A stretch of 60,195 nt of DNA, filler included, from Globobulimina sp. (Eukaryota), in assembly GCA_003354225.1 (NCBI GenBank). It is 8 parts of 8 records of this genome, joined end to end, with 100 filler letters (N's around TTAATTAATTAA, not from the genome) between each part and the next. Parts side by side here need not be neighbours in the genome. Positions count along the whole stretch, not along the records: positions 45,278 to 52,700 come from PIVH01000158.1; positions 52,801 to 60,195 come from PIVH01000159.1; 6 more parts are not named here. The stretch is one strand, 5' to 3'. The position numbers were made by a program, and so were the translations under genes. Numbering within the stretch: the stretch's first letter is position 1; every line of letters begins with the position of its first letter. The notes beneath the pieces are model-generated. The model did not search any database. It was not told the DNA's origin and worked only from the letters and a program-made list of their open reading frames with translations. Below are positions 48,676 through 58,729 of the stretch, one piece after another.

Positions 48676-48733
48676 CCCCGAGAGCCAAAGTTTTTTTGAG
48701 TATTATCTAAAATCACACAAAACAACTCCAATC

Positions 48734-50458
48734 ATGTCTGGATATCGTCGATATTCCAACAAAGCCAAAACCACTGAAGAAGATTATGGGCACAAGTATG
48801 ACATTTTTAAAGTCACATCGGACACGTTCAAGACTGTGAGCAAGATGGAGACGTGGGTAGGCAATGCCGATTGGTTCGATGATGATTGGTTACACGATGG
48901 TACCGGCAATAGAGGGAAGGGAAAAAAATTGAATAAGAAAAGGATGAAGGCAATGATAGAAAGTAAATGTTGTATACGATTAAAAAAATTATGTAAAGAC
49001 AATTACAAACCATTTATGTACGCTATAGACGGAGTTGCCGACGAGGAAGATGGATATGCCCGTATGGCGAAATGGTTCAAAGAAGAATCTGATTCTTTTT
49101 CGTTTCGACCAGGGGTCAAAGACATTGAGGGTTGGGAGGAGAAGGGACTTACTCCAGCGTCATTATTTCAGGGCATTAAGGACCGTGATACCAGCATTAG
49201 GAAGACATTAGATATCACGACGGGGGAATGGAATGGATTACGTTCCACTGTTCAGAAGGTTGTCCGGGGTGACATAAAATACTATGACTCCGATGACGAA
49301 GACGACGACGGGAGTGACGACGAGGACGATGATCAAGATTTGAAACAGGACGATATTAGCAACGATAATAATAATAATCGCAACAAAAAAAGAAAAAAAA
49401 AACGTCGTTACGAGCCGGACATTGGTCAAACATCACCGTCGAAAACATCGGATAATCGCCGTATCAGCAACGTCGGTGGTATGATTGGTTTATCACCCCT
49501 CAGAAAAAGGAGGAAAATGACCTCAGAGAGGGCACTTCATATCATGGGTTTTGTCGAGAGGAAGGAAAGTGAGTCTGCTTCCAATCATTTCCAAAGGAGC
49601 AAATCTCAAGTTCAACATCCGTTTTTCGTCCTGAGAAACAAGCCTGGTCCAATGATTATCCATACGGTTGTTGAAAAGAGCAAAGATTTGCCGGTTTATA
49701 TTGCATCGACGGGTGCGAAGTATTCCTACGATGAGGAATCGCCATGGCATAGGCATGATATGTTATTGCTGAAAAATCTTATGATGAGAGTTCACGGTTT
49801 AAAGAAACTCCATCGTAGGATCGTGGCCCAGCAGGATGCAATTCAAAATGTGTTCATCAATAAGCGTTTTGGGCAGAATGATATGCGGTGTCCGGGTGGT
49901 GCAGAATTTGAGATGGCATGCGTTATTGGTGAGAAACTGGGCCTGTTGAAGCGAATTGTGGAAGAAAAAAATGCATTTAAGGCCAACAAAAAGTTAATCG
50001 AAGAGGAGGCTTTTCGAAAAGAGGATTATGAGCTCGGTCTGTGGAGCAATGTTTATGAGAAAAAAAATCGTTTACCGAGGTTTGTTCCTTTTTTTTTCGG
50101 TCATATTTCTGAGGTATACCTGTTTACACTCAGATCTGCGGTCCAATTGGTTGCATTGAAAGAGCAAAAAAAATTGGTCCCCCATAAAACCATGTGGTAT
50201 TTTCGAGTGGATCTATTTAAGTTATTGGCCAAATTACAGGAGACCGATGTGGATAAATATGCAGCAACGAAAATGATATGGAAGCAATTTGGCGTCTTGA
50301 CGTGGATAAAGCCATATATTAATACTTTTTTTGAAGGGCAGATGCAGAAAGCGATTGACTTTGGTTTGGTTAAAGAGGAAGAAAGGGATAAAAGTCATTT
50401 CTTGTCACAGGATGTATTGGATGAACAGGATGACGAAGATTATATGAATTTTTTATAA
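48734..50458 (+). CDS. Hypothetical nuclear protein with acidic tract and NLS, transposon accessory gene
   Basis: First ATG at 48734, divergent from the transposase start with only ~58 bp between; DSDDEDDD tract and KKRKKKRR. Confidence 0.75.
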   Translation: MSGYRRYSNKAKTTEEDYGHKYDIFKVTSDTFKTVSKMETWVGNADWFDDDWLHDGTGNRGKGKKLNKKRMKAMIESKCCIRLKKLCKDNYKPFMYAIDGVADEEDGYARMAKWFKEESDSFSFRPGVKDIEGWEEKGLTPASLFQGIKDRDTSIRKTLDITTGEWNGLRSTVQKVVRGDIKYYDSDDEDDDGSDDEDDDQDLKQDDISNDNNNNRNKKRKKKRRYEPDIGQTSPSKTSDNRRISNVGGMIGLSPLRKRRKMTSERALHIMGFVERKESESASNHFQRSKSQVQHPFFVLRNKPGPMIIHTVVEKSKDLPVYIASTGAKYSYDEESPWHRHDMLLLKNLMMRVHGLKKLHRRIVAQQDAIQNVFINKRFGQNDMRCPGGAEFEMACVIGEKLGLLKRIVEEKNAFKANKKLIEEEAFRKEDYELGLWSNVYEKKNRLPRFVPFFFGHISEVYLFTLRSAVQLVALKEQKKLVPHKTMWYFRVDLFKLLAKLQETDVDKYAATKMIWKQFGVLTWIKPYINTFFEGQMQKAIDFGLVKEEERDKSHFLSQDVLDEQDDEDYMNFL

Positions 50459-50560
50459 ATCTGAATTTAATATGAATTTAAATGATTTTAATTTGTTTGT
50501 TTAATAACTTTAATAAATTTGATTTTTAATTTGTTTGTTTTGTAGCTGATATACCTCGGC

Positions 50561-50660
50561 AAACCACACCAACTTTTTTCTAGAACTAGCTGAGTATCTG
50601 AAGATATGTTTTCGAATGTCAAAAGAGCGATATGTAGCAAACAACACGGTGCTACAAAAA
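50561..50660 (+). repeat. ~100-bp gene-downstream element, diverged copy 3 (inverted relative to copies 1 and 2)
   Basis: Boxes ccaacttttttc-N22-gatatgt-N25-tagcaaa-N4-acgRtgcYaca occur with the same spacing as in the reverse complement of copies 1 and 2. Confidence 0.75.
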
Positions 50661-50725
50661 AAACAAAGTATTACACAGAAACACAAAAACCTTCGCCAAA
50701 TTATTTATACAGAAACAGAAAAGTA

Positions 50726-52607
50726 TTATTTCGGCTTTTTCAATGGTGGCCAATAGTCAGTTTGCAATGATCTTTTGTTTGATGATCCTCTTGTTGATGA
50801 TCTTATGGTTAATTTTGGTAACGGCCGCGCTCCACTCCCGACGGCGGCTTTTTTCCGCCTTATTGCTGCGTTTTTCTCATTTCTCTTTCTTATTCTTTGT
50901 ATTTGCCGATTGGCGCGATTGCCATTCCCATTGCCATTCCCATTCCCATTGCCATTCCCATTCCCATTCCCATTCCCATTCCCATTCCCATTCCCATTCC
51001 CATTTAGAATCTGTACATCGTCGTCCGCCTGTACATCGTCTTCTATCTGTACATCGTCTTCTATCTGTACATCGTCGTTACCCAGATTTTTAGAGCATCG
51101 ACCCAAAAAATTTTGCTTCTCCTCCGACGAGTCATCCCAAACCAGGTCCAGTGAATCACTATTATCGCCACCATTATTACCGTCCTTCTGTTCATCATTA
51201 TTATCGCCACCATCCGGTTCCTCATCATCACTTACGTCATCATTCTCATCATCATCCTCATCGTCATCGTCATCGTCATCCCCATCCGCTTCATTTTTAT
51301 TTTTATTTTTATCCTCATCATCCGCTTCATCGTCATCTGAATCACTGTCATCGTCATTTGAATCGATATTCAGGTATGGGGTTATTGTTGATTGCACGGG
51401 CACCATCGAAGACCAGTCCACAGTGTTCAGCACATTGTCGTACCCCCAATAGTCGTCGTCACTGTAGATCTGCAAATCAGGATTAACTAAATACGCATCC
51501 GTTATACTCCCAACGGTGCGGGTTAACTTCTTTTGTATGTCATTGACGGCGGCATCAACATTCGTACGATCATTTGCAGCCCATTTTTTAGTATTGCGTT
51601 TGTTGGCGATGTTTTTCTCGATACTCGCCGCCAATGAACGATCGAATTTGTGGATTGCAGGCATATTACTCGCATAGGCAAATATTACCCCGTAAGGGAG
51701 TGCAGTGTGCATTATCATGCAACCGAAAAATATTTCTGTTTTTCCATCGGCGGTGGTTGTTGTAATCACTATATATATAAATATATTACACGCATATTCG
51801 CACAAAAAATAAAAACATACGCGGGTTTAGCGAACGCGGGTTGCCATCGGTACCCTCGCGGAGAGTGAGCTGCAAATGTGAATTCTTCCATGACATCGAT
51901 GAATGGCTTAGACTATTACTTATTTTGAGTAGTCCAAGTAAGCCGGACATCGAGGTTTTATATAATTTATTTTCTTGTACCTCTTCCCCATTATAATCAC
52001 AGATGGAATGATAAATGGCCTTTGATTTCGGCAATACCAACGCCCATAAAGGTCGGATATGCCAATTGTCGTTTCGAATTAATGTCCAAATTCCTTGACC
52101 TTTCGGAATGATTTTGATTAATAATCCGCCGGAAATTAACACTGGGTTCATTGATTTTTTTGTTTTGTTTTTTTTGTTCGTATTATACTTCTCTATTTGT
52201 TTCCATTCTTTCACAGATTGTTTTCTTATCACCGTAACTTTATCAATAAATTCTTTTTTCGTGATATACTCATCACTTTCAGACCATATTTTCCTGGCCA
52301 ATGCAATTTGGCTGCTGTTCCTAAGAACCCACTGATAAACATGTTTAATAGTCAATTCTGGATTGGTTGCAGCCGCGATCCGCTTCATATTCACGAACAC
52401 TTGCGGCATGAGGGAGGATATACTGCCGTTCCCTTTCGATTTATCGAAAAACAATTCCACGGTGCGCAATGTCGTTTTTGTCACAAACTTTCTCAAGGTA
52501 TTGACGGTCGCGCGTTTCTCTATCCAAACAGGCAAATCCCAATCATTTTCATCTTTTTCTTTTTTTGCTTCTTCCGCGAACTTACTCCGGGTCGTCGTCG
52601 TTGCCAT
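50726..52607 (-). CDS. Two-exon hypothetical protein with long acidic tract, DDVQIE repeats and (GN)n repeat
   Basis: ORFs 51786-52607 and 50726-51805 join in frame through intron 51769-51820 (gtatgt...tatag). Confidence 0.7.
50920..51078. repeat. Coding repeats: (CCCATT)n microsatellite and 18-bp repeats
   Basis: The hexamer run encodes (GN)n on the minus strand; ctgtacatcgtcttctat-type units encode DDVQIE. Confidence 0.85.
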
Positions 52608-52700
52608 ACTCGACGGATTATTGTTTCTGTATCATTTGGGTGGCAGACGTTTAGAAGCGGTCGACAGACGTTCAAGAGACGCCGAGAAACATACAGTTTG

Positions 52701-52800
52701 NNNNNNNNNNNNNNNNNNNNNNNNNNNNNNNNNNNNNNNNNNNNTTAATTAATTAANNNNNNNNNNNNNNNNNNNNNNNNNNNNNNNNNNNNNNNNNNNN
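52701..52800. other. Artificial contig linker
   Basis: 44 N + TTAATTAATTAA + 44 N. Confidence 0.98.
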
Positions 52801-53533
52801 ATAGATAGATTATGACACTGTGTCAGCATACTAAGCGGAATATTCAGACAGGATACTTAATGATTCAACGCTTGAGCACTCAAAGGTGGCCTTTTGGCAT
52901 AACACTCGGTAACCTCCCCTGGTAAGAGGGTGCACGTGGGAAACTCTAGCATCTACTTTCATACAGTCACTGCCTTCCGTGCGACATAAATACCTCTAGA
53001 TTCTTGAAAGCAATGTCATGTGTATACGATCGAGAATGAAATGTTTTTTAAACATTGCACCGAAGTAACTTAATTTATAATTTTTCTGTTTGTAAATCAT
53101 ATTTTTTATCAAAAAACGCATGTATTATTTAAAAACGTTGCTGTATCATTAAATATCCAGATCGTTAATATTTTTGAATATTTAATGTTGAAATAAGGGA
53201 ATTGCAGGAGAATTGAATGTCAAAAACTTCAAAAGATATTTGCGGGGTTCTGTTGATAGCAACACTATATTTGAAAGCAAATAATAATATCCAGATACCA
53301 CAAAACAAACTGCTTAAACTGTAGAGATAAAATAAAACACAAAAAAAAAACAAATACAAAATAACCTACACAAAAAGGAACACGCATCAAACCAAAAAAA
53401 ACATGCGAAAAAAAAACATGCGAAAATAAAATGTAAACAAGACGATTGAGAAGAAAACGATTAAGGAGTTATTTACGTTCATAAATGATTCAAAATGTTT
53501 TATCACAATTAAATTAATTCAAATATAATTATG

Positions 53534-54340
53534 TTAACATGTTGAATCAGAAGATGATGAATAATCTGTCGGTATAACAATTGAAGAATAATCCAGTTCA
53601 ATGTCATCTGTATTAATGCCAAATTGAGCAAGAATTAATAATGTTTCTTTCAGCTCACATATCATGTCATTAATTGATGGATTCTGTTTAAATCGAATAC
53701 GATTTAAAACGCGATTAGAAAGATATTTTGATGAAACGTCGCATGCTTTATACTCACACAAAGAATCACCAATCGATGTAATGCAATTTATCACTTTATT
53801 TGGTGCTTCATTTTGATAAAAATGTTTGTGGAAACATTTTGAAAACACAACTTGTTTCCATTTAAAATGATTTGTTGGATATTTCTTTCTGATTTGTTTG
53901 GTTGACGCTGATATTGTTTTGATTTTATTTTCTTTTAATAAATTTTGAAAATTCATAAATATATCTTGTACAATATCAACATTTAAACATTTATTAATCC
54001 AACTTTCAGAGCCATTTGTTACTATGATTATATTATCTGCACCGAATATTTTAATCATTCTGACAAATATTTGTTCAATGAAAGATACTAAAATTACTAA
54101 TTTAGACATAAATTCTTTATCTTTTTTGTCTTGGTGCGTTCTGAATGAATATGTAGGAAATATGGTATCGTCCCAATCCCAAATAATTAAATTTTTACGT
54201 TTACAACTTTGTTCTTTCTTTAATTGTTGCTGACATTCTGTTATTGATGTTTCTGTAATTTCAGACAATTTATAATTAAACTGCCTGTATTTATAATTAT
54301 GTTCATCTATATGCGATGATCCGTGTATAAAATCGTCCAT
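53534..54340 (-). CDS. HAD-superfamily protein
   Basis: Motif I IIWDWDDTIFPT, motif II IIVTNG, motif III K (KWK) and motif IV SIGDS..E. Confidence 0.8.
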   Translation of the reverse strand: MDDFIHGSSHIDEHNYKYRQFNYKLSEITETSITECQQQLKKEQSCKRKNLIIWDWDDTIFPTYSFRTHQDKKDKEFMSKLVILVSFIEQIFVRMIKIFGADNIIIVTNGSESWINKCLNVDIVQDIFMNFQNLLKENKIKTISASTKQIRKKYPTNHFKWKQVVFSKCFHKHFYQNEAPNKVINCITSIGDSLCEYKACDVSSKYLSNRVLNRIRFKQNPSINDMICELKETLLILAQFGINTDDIELDYSSIVIPTDYSSSSDSTC

Positions 54341-54459
54341 ATATTATGTTTTTGGACAAGATCATTAAAATGTTTTGACAAATGAAAAGTTTTTGAATGG
54401 TGGTTGGCTAATTATCAAAAACCTATCATGTCGTACAACTTTGTAGAATTCAATAAAGT

Positions 54460-55146
54460 ATGGCAAATTGCAATTCTTTGATTACATGTTTTAATTATAA
54501 TCAATATGAACAGATTTGCACCAAAATTATAGGTATTGGTAGAAATTATGCAAAACATGCAAAAGAGTTAGGAAACACTGTACCAACCACACCTGTAGTT
54601 TTTATGAAACCAGCATCAGCATTAATAAGCAATGGAGAATCGGTAGAAATACCATTTGGATGTTTTGACATGCATCACGAGATTGAATTGGGTGTTGTCA
54701 TTGGAGACAAAGCAAGGAATATTTCAAGGAACGATGCGAATGATATAATTAGCGGATACTGTTTGGCATTGGATATGACAGCAAGAGATTTTCAAGAAGA
54801 CGCAAAAAATAAAAAACTCCCATGGAGCATAGCAAAAGGATTTGATACAAGCTGTCCTGTTGGAGAATTTATTCATAAATCATTGATAAATGATGTAAAT
54901 AATATAAACTTACAACTCACAGTAAATGATGAAATAAGACAAGTTGGGAAAGCAGATTGTATGATATTTGACATACCGACATTAATTGAATATTGTTCAA
55001 AATATTTTACATTATATCCCGGAGATTTAATCTTAACTGGAACCCCTGAAGGTGTGTCACAAGTTGTCGCTGGAGATCAATTAATAAGCAAATTATGGAC
55101 GGATGATGGGAAAATATACAGCGAAATGATAAATAATATCAAATAA
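54460..55146 (+). CDS. FAHD1: Fumarylacetoacetate hydrolase domain protein (acylpyruvase/oxaloacetate decarboxylase)
   Basis: Motifs KIIGIGRNYAKHAKELGN, HHEIELGVVIG, LALDMTARD, PWSIAKGFDTSCP and GDLILTGTPEGV. Confidence 0.93.
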   Translation: MANCNSLITCFNYNQYEQICTKIIGIGRNYAKHAKELGNTVPTTPVVFMKPASALISNGESVEIPFGCFDMHHEIELGVVIGDKARNISRNDANDIISGYCLALDMTARDFQEDAKNKKLPWSIAKGFDTSCPVGEFIHKSLINDVNNINLQLTVNDEIRQVGKADCMIFDIPTLIEYCSKYFTLYPGDLILTGTPEGVSQVVAGDQLISKLWTDDGKIYSEMINNIK

Positions 55147-55457
55147 CAATAAAAAAGTAAATGCATGATATTACTGTAAAGCTTTTCGATTCTGCGAATA
55201 TTTACAACTATTTAAAGGTATCGAAACATTTTTTTGAGCGAATGAATGTCCAAAAAAAACAACAACAAAAAAATATGTACATAAAAAACAACAAAAAACA
55301 GATCGAGGGTTCTGATAAAAAGTAAAAAACGAAAACAATAAATAACCAAACAAAAAAAAATAAAATATTTGTTTTTATTAATACCAATAAATACATAAAC
55401 AAACAAACTAAAAAAATAAAATCTGATCAACAATTAACCAAACACATATAAAAAAGC

Positions 55458-58075
55458 TCAGCCACTAAATCCACCACTTCCATAAATCGCATCCTCAGCT
55501 TGTTGTATATCGTCCATATTCTCGGGTTTATACGAATTACCATTCTTCGGTTGCGTTTTTCTTTCATAGTCCACCGTCATAATGGCCGCATACACCGATA
55601 ACACTGCTTTGGAATCCATAATTATTAAATCTTCGGGCAACACAAATACATCGCCACCATACATTCGAATAAGCGACACGGCATAGCGCGCATTCTCCAC
55701 TCTCTCTGTCATATTACTTTGATCCGACGACGACTGCAATGGCTGTATATTATAATGAATCAAGTCATCTTTGATGGAGTCATCGGGCATTGTCACTACT
55801 TTCAATAACTCCAAATAAAATAAAGCCGTCGTTAGGGTGCGGTCCCGGAAGCCTCTGGCCGTGGCAGTGCGTTTATTGTCTAATTTGCCGTGGGTCTCTT
55901 TACTCCATTTAATAATATCTGCATCGGTCACTTCCTTGCCACCAAAGGATAATTCGGACAATTTCTTAGTGGCTTGATAGCGCATAATCTGCCATAAGAT
56001 GGTATGAATATATTTTTGTCGACCGTCCACAATGTCGGGCCCGGCAATGCCAACCAAAATGAATGGAAATTTGGCCTTCATAACGTCATACACATAATTG
56101 CAATTGGCGACTTTATCAAATTTATGTCGGATTTGTTTGCGCATTTTCTTCCAATTTATAACGCCGCGCTGGGATCGTTCCAAGATATGTGCTAAGATTA
56201 TACCGTCGGACAAATCGCGATATAGGTTTCCAATGCGTAAATGTGGCGGCAACTGACTGTTCAACCACGGCAAATACGCGTCATCGTTGGGATTGTCATC
56301 CAGCCAAAAAGATTTATATTTGTTTTTTTCAGAATCGCTTAATTTGGTTAAACCGTTATTGACATCAAATATACGCGCCGCAAATAGCTCTTCTAACTTT
56401 ATATTTCCATCCAATAAATCCTCGACAAATAAATTATGTTTGATCCGCATTACATTTTGAACATAATCCAACAACTTAGTGCCCGCAGCTTTATTCATAA
56501 CTCCATTTTGCAATTTCGGCGAAGAGGCTGCGAAATTATTATCAATTTGTCTGACCACATTATAAAGATCGACAGACATATTGCCGATATCTGTATTCAT
56601 TGACCGTCCCAACTGCATATTGATCCATCTCCGGAGGATCTCGTCCGCGGTCAAATTATTGCGAATCTTCTCTGGGTCGTCGTTTAGTTCCTGGCTGGTT
56701 AGCAACCGAATAATCTCGGGATGTTTCTCAATGTTTACATAATTCTTCAATCTCTCTTTGCATAATGCATGCAATACAGCCACTAATAAGGCACCATGTT
56801 GCTTGCTATTGCACCAACTGTGCGGTTGGTAGGAGGGAAGCCGCAAAGCCATGGCCTTACAACTCGATAATAATAAGCAGGCATTCTCCCACACACATTT
56901 ATCATTGATAGGATACGCATCTTCTGCGTCAAAAGAATCTGGCCGGTGAACGGCACGCTTATCCAACATTTTGCCATTTACAATGCTTAAAAAATCACAG
57001 ATCTCACCTGCATCATATAAAGTACCAATCACACGGTGTTTATTTATCGGTTCAATCGGGATATATAACTGAGTATATCCACCGGATTTCTCGTCCACAT
57101 CTGCAGCAAAAAACGTATCAAATTTAAGTGTGACAGTGAGACTGAGGCCATGATTTAAAAAAAAAACTTTTTAAGTAACTTTACAAATCATGAACCATGC
57201 TCGCTTCACACAGTCCACACTTGTTATTTCACACATTTTCTACACATGACATACCTGCAGGTAACTCTCGATTTAAATACACCGCATCTTTCATCAAAAT
57301 GTCGCGTTCTACTATCTCCAATAATATATTATCATAATGCTGTCTTCGATTATCATCCAAATCCAACCACCACTGCTCTTCCGGTTCATCCGTATGGTCC
57401 ACAATATCCTGTACAACGCCGCCTAACTCTCTCCGCCAATTCGTGTCATTATTCTTATAATTTTGCAGCCGATTCACATCCTCATTGTTGTTCTTATTCA
57501 CCGTCTCCGTCACCTTATCCTCGGTGTCATTATGTCTCTGTTGCACGGAATATAATAAATTTCTCGCCTGTTCCTCCACATCTTCCTGCGGTGCCTCGTC
57601 TTTCTTTTTATTCAATATATCTTTCACTTGTTGTAAATCGCCAATCCGATCGCCTAACTCTTGTAAATATAAATCATTTCGATTTTGTAAGGAATGGTCG
57701 CCGCCCGAAGGTGGATTGGTTACGAATTCACGCAACAAATTCTCCCAATCATCGTTGTCCTGCAAAGCAGCTTTATCCTCAATAATGCCCGGCGCCTTGT
57801 AAGTGCTCATAGGGTCGCCCTGTTGCGCCGCATGTCTCTCCTCACATTGATCTGCCACATCCTCCATCAAACTCGCGGCTTCTTCCCCATTCATGATTTT
57901 TTTGATGGTTTCTAGCTCACGCGTACGGTTTACTAATTCGTCCACAATGGCAGCTTGTTCGGCGGCGTTGGCGCTGTTGAGCATGTTTTGCGTGATTTTG
58001 TAGATCTCGTCTTGCCAGGCTTTGTTCATTGGAGCCACATTCTTGCCTAGAAAGCATAGGAAAACGTGTACGTTA

Positions 58076-58109
<34 letters not shown>

Positions 58110-58518
58110 ACGGGAATTCGCAATGTTTAACTAAACTGTAATTACACTCATTTAAAGCATTAGTGAGTGCTTGATGTCGTTCAGTGACTTCCTGTAATAA
58201 ATTATCAAAGGATTGTGCGTCAGCACTGGATTGGTATAATGCATTGATTTGGTTTAAGTCGTTTGTTTTTTCGGTAGTTTCTTGTTTAAATTCTGAGCAT
58301 TGTTCTTGAGAGTCTTTCAATTGTTGGCGTAAGTCTGCAGTTAATTGTTTTTCTGCTTGTAATTCACGTCGTAAATTGGTTAATTGCAATTCCATATTTT
58401 GAGCTAAGTTGACAAATTTATCATTCATTTCATCTCGAATTCTATCCAATGTATCACCGATTTGTAAATAATCGGGCATATCTCCTCCACCTCCTCCTCC
58501 TTGAGGTGGTTGACTCAT
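55458..58518 (-). CDS. Fimbrin/plastin-like CH-domain protein with long N-terminal helical extension
   Basis: CH motifs EILRRWIN, WLNS...NLYRDLSDGIIL, KVANCNY, LVGIAGPDIVDG...ILWQIMR and NARYAVSLIRMYG..VFVLPEDL. In-frame intron 58047-58136 and a probable mini-exon near 57186-57219 link ORF 57229-58518 to 55458-57098 (the link is inferred). Confidence 0.75.
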
Positions 58519-58729
58519 TGTCGGATGTTTGTAATTTTACGTTTCGTAGACGATGATATGACTTCAGTTGAAGGTTTTTTCTGTTTTTGAATATGACTTC
58601 AGTTGAACACCTTTTTCCAAGATTCTACCGTAGAATGTTCAATGTTGGATATGAATCATATGATATGAATTATGAACCAAAAACATTTGAAGAAAATGGG
58701 AAACACAAAAATAATAAAAATACACGACA

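Noticed and set aside
48638-48733. Overlap between the transposase and the plus-strand ORF
   Set aside because: It depends on a TTG start; the first ATG at 48734 removes the overlap.
50920-51004. (CCCATT)n as an interstitial telomere-like repeat
   Set aside because: It lies in frame in a coding exon as a Gly-Asn repeat.
50743-51486. Plus-strand ORFs with (FP)n, (HS)n and poly-Ser
   Set aside because: They are antisense shadows of the (GN)n and Asp-rich minus-strand gene.
38874-52700. Two Mutator-like transposases apparently adjacent as one composite element
   Set aside because: They are separated by a linker and the contigs are ordered by length, so adjacency is coincidental.
7457-52800. 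TTAATTAATTAA motif recurring about every 7.5 kb
   Set aside because: It is always embedded in 44 N on each side, so it is a synthetic concatenation linker and not biology.
55171-55433. Phe-rich short ORFs on the minus strand
   Set aside because: They are translations of A-rich UTR/intergenic sequence; the same applies to 38319-38826 and 53165-53359.
58556-58607. 17-bp direct repeat atatgacttcagttgaa
   Set aside because: Only two copies; consistent with a simple local duplication and no further structure.
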